DNA from: Bigelowiella natans CCMP2755
Lineage: Eukaryota > Protista > Cercozoa
Direction: 5' to 3'
Assembly: GCA_000320545.1 (NCBI GenBank)
Contig: ADNK01003381.1
Coordinates: forward strand, 1 to 64,000
Length of the DNA: 64,000 nt
This document shows, in pieces, positions 61,739-64,000 of the stretch. The position numbers and the translations under genes were made by a program. Every line of letters starts with the position of its first letter. Positions within the stretch are counted from its first letter, which is position 1. Under the pieces are notes generated by a model, which was not told the origin of the DNA, did no database searches, and was given only the letters and a program-made list of their open reading frames with translations.

Positions 61739-63178
61739 ATGTTGCGTTTGATAAGACGGTCTACCTTAATCACTCTTTTTTGTGCTGTCTCTAGCCTGAT
61801 CTGTGTGCAGATCTTCGTCGCCGCGCAGTTCTACTTTCATGAGCCTCGCAGCCTTCTCGTAGATGAAATGAAAGCTACTTTCACCGGGAAAGACCCCGCG
61901 AAAGCGCTGGATTCCCATGATGTGGGCGGAAAGCAGGAGTCCCGACACTTTTTCAACCTCCCCAAAGGCTGGCTCAAGCTCGACACGGCGCGGGTGTTTG
62001 TGGGCGGGTTCTCCAACGGAGCAGATTTCGCACACCAGTTCCACCTTGCCTTCTCGGGGAAGATCAGCGGTGCATGCATTGTGGCCGGTCAGCCATACCA
62101 CTGCGCCACCACTTACTTTGGCGGCTCCGACCCCCTGGTTATGAAGCTCAGTGGGAATTCTGTGCCATTCTGCCACAACTGCGATTATGACAGCACTACT
62201 TATAGTCTGTATACACTCTCCGAGGACCACTGCAAGCGCTGGCCCGACATCGTTGACATCAGTAGGCTCATCGACTATGTGAATAGGGATCCAGACCTTG
62301 ATGACACAAGCAACCTCAGAGATCCGAGGCAACGAGTCTTTCTATTTCGAGCCACAAAAGACGAGACTTATCTCCCTGGGTCCGTCGCTGGTGTCCAGGG
62401 GCTTTACGCTCAGCTGATGCAAGATTCTAACGAGCAGGTTCTGTTCGAACACAGTGTCGAAGGTGGGCACGGGTTCATCGTCAGCAGGGATTATGATGTG
62501 GCCGAAGAATGCCTCAAGCATGTTGTCTTTGGAGGAACGAAGCTGATACAAAGGACGGGGGGTAACAGCGCTAGTAGCGGTAGCGGCGAAGGTGGGAGCG
62601 AAACTAGAAGCGACATGCAAGGCCCAGCAGATGGCGCGATTGATTACAGCAACCTTTACTCTTTCAATCAGCGACAGTTCGAAAAAGACGACGATCGGAG
62701 CGCAGGCTTTGGCCTCAAGGCATGGATTTACGTCCCTAAAGCATGCCAGGCTAATACAACGGTCCCCAGCTCGATATCACGAGGGCGTAGCGATGGGAAA
62801 GGAACGGATAACAATGGCAATGAGAAGAGTGGGAACGATAAAGCGAGTTTAGACGAAAATAAAGGGGATATGTGCCCCCTCTTTGTGTGGTTCAACCCGT
62901 GTGGGGATGACGGACTTCATTACGACGTTGGAGCGTTTGAGGGCTGGGCAGAGACGAACAGCATTGTGGTTCTTAGGCCAACGGTGATTCGGAACAACTG
63001 TGAATTGCGTGGCTCAGCGCATGGATGCGGCGGAGCAGTGACCCGCGGATGTTGGGATGTCTACGGATATCATGGCAAAGATTATGCGAAGAGATCTGGG
63101 CCACACATGAGACTCGCAAATCGGGTCATTCAGTACGTCCTGGATCGGCGATTTACCGACGGCGCTGATGGGGATTAG
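61739..63178 (+). CDS. Poly(3-hydroxybutyrate) depolymerase-like alpha/beta hydrolase, intronless, N-terminal membrane/signal anchor
   Basis: VFVGGFSNGADFAHQFHLAFS...GACIVAGQPYHCA (G-x-S-x-G), KDET, GGHGF, WIYVPKAC, GCWDVYGYHGKDYAKRSGPHM match the fungal/bacterial circularly permuted PHB depolymerase family. Confidence 0.85.
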   Translation: MLRLIRRSTLITLFCAVSSLICVQIFVAAQFYFHEPRSLLVDEMKATFTGKDPAKALDSHDVGGKQESRHFFNLPKGWLKLDTARVFVGGFSNGADFAHQFHLAFSGKISGACIVAGQPYHCATTYFGGSDPLVMKLSGNSVPFCHNCDYDSTTYSLYTLSEDHCKRWPDIVDISRLIDYVNRDPDLDDTSNLRDPRQRVFLFRATKDETYLPGSVAGVQGLYAQLMQDSNEQVLFEHSVEGGHGFIVSRDYDVAEECLKHVVFGGTKLIQRTGGNSASSGSGEGGSETRSDMQGPADGAIDYSNLYSFNQRQFEKDDDRSAGFGLKAWIYVPKACQANTTVPSSISRGRSDGKGTDNNGNEKSGNDKASLDENKGDMCPLFVWFNPCGDDGLHYDVGAFEGWAETNSIVVLRPTVIRNNCELRGSAHGCGGAVTRGCWDVYGYHGKDYAKRSGPHMRLANRVIQYVLDRRFTDGADGD

Positions 63179-64000
63179 ATTAACTAATGAATTTTAATGA
63201 TAGTCGTCAGAGAACAGGTCTTTGACAAAAATAGCGTATTCTAATAGACCAAGAAATCGGAGGACAAATGATGTGTTCATATTCATAAAAACAGAGTTAA
63301 TGATGATAGACATGCAATACACAATATATATAATATATATAGTGTATTGCTGTGTCTATTACAAGTATGGCTCGAAAATTTGAGTCGAAGCAAAGGTTCT
63401 CAGTTTCCTCACATGCACCAAACATGTCTTCTCCATGTTCCAAGCGGTTGCATCATTGTGCGATTTGAAATGCATGCAACGACTGGCAGTCACACGCGGA
63501 TGAAATCAATTGAATGCTTCTGCGCCCCATTCAACATCTTTGCATGAGATCGATGCATTTTCTGTCATTGCCACATCGCAAATTGCAAGCTTCAATGTTT
63601 TTGCATGTTCTTAGACATGTGCACAGTTTTCACATGATCAAGTTTTCGATTTGTAAGAATTCAAAGATGTGTCATCATTGTTTAACATCATCACAACGTT
63701 CATCATTGTCATCATCATCAGTGTCATGAAAACGAGCTACCGCCCTTTCTTCGGGGGGTCAGCGCGGAACATGGGGCGGTGTAATTACACGATGGGACGA
63801 ATGACATTGTTGTGTGCAGCTCATGTATGCAAGAAGCTTGTTGTTTGTGCATGTGCAATGAAGAGCCTAGCTTTGTGCACATCGATGATCCCAAATTGAG
63901 ATGAATGGATTGATGTTGTTGAGCGTGCAACACACAAGGCAGTCCATGAAATTGGATGGTATATACTTATGATAGACATGCAATGCACAACACATACAAC

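Noticed and set aside
1-64000. tRNA/rRNA genes, prokaryotic operons or an endogenous virus
   Set aside because: None recognised by eye; genes are spliceosomal and no viral hallmark genes were seen. A tRNAscan/Infernal run would be needed to exclude small RNAs.

Overview
Eukaryotic, gene-dense, intron-rich nuclear DNA (GT-AG introns packed with (TA)n/(CA)n/(GA)n microsatellites). Two genes have signal-peptide plus transit-peptide-like leaders, suggesting an alga with a secondary plastid; a chlorarachniophyte is my unverified guess. Contents: (1) An intact, very young Ty3/Gypsy LTR retrotransposon (9369-15084; identical 326-bp LTRs, GGTG target duplication). Its single gag-pol ORF ends in a degenerate Dam-like adenine-methyltransferase-type domain of the kind known from DIRS elements, and its integrase has a shortened DD(27)E core. 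(2) About 17 host genes: HMG-box, zgc:113208-like, glycine-zipper/lipase fusion, VWD, PAP-fibrillin, HAD-like, TEX264-like, PHB-depolymerase-like and several hypotheticals. (3) A locally expanded, exon-shuffled family combining a CP2-type SAM domain, an unknown ~120-aa beta-rich domain (3 copies) and hypervariable ankyrin arrays (3 arrays). The most striking signal is not a gene. Most intergenic stretches downstream of gene 3' ends, and part of one decaying paralog, are strongly depleted of TpA and rich in TpG/CpA. They keep CpG and selectively retain or enrich CTAG, while introns keep long (TA)n runs. This looks like a context-specific A-to-G (TpA to TpG/CpA) hypermutation process on non-transcribed DNA. 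Exon boundaries and counts were read by eye and are approximate.
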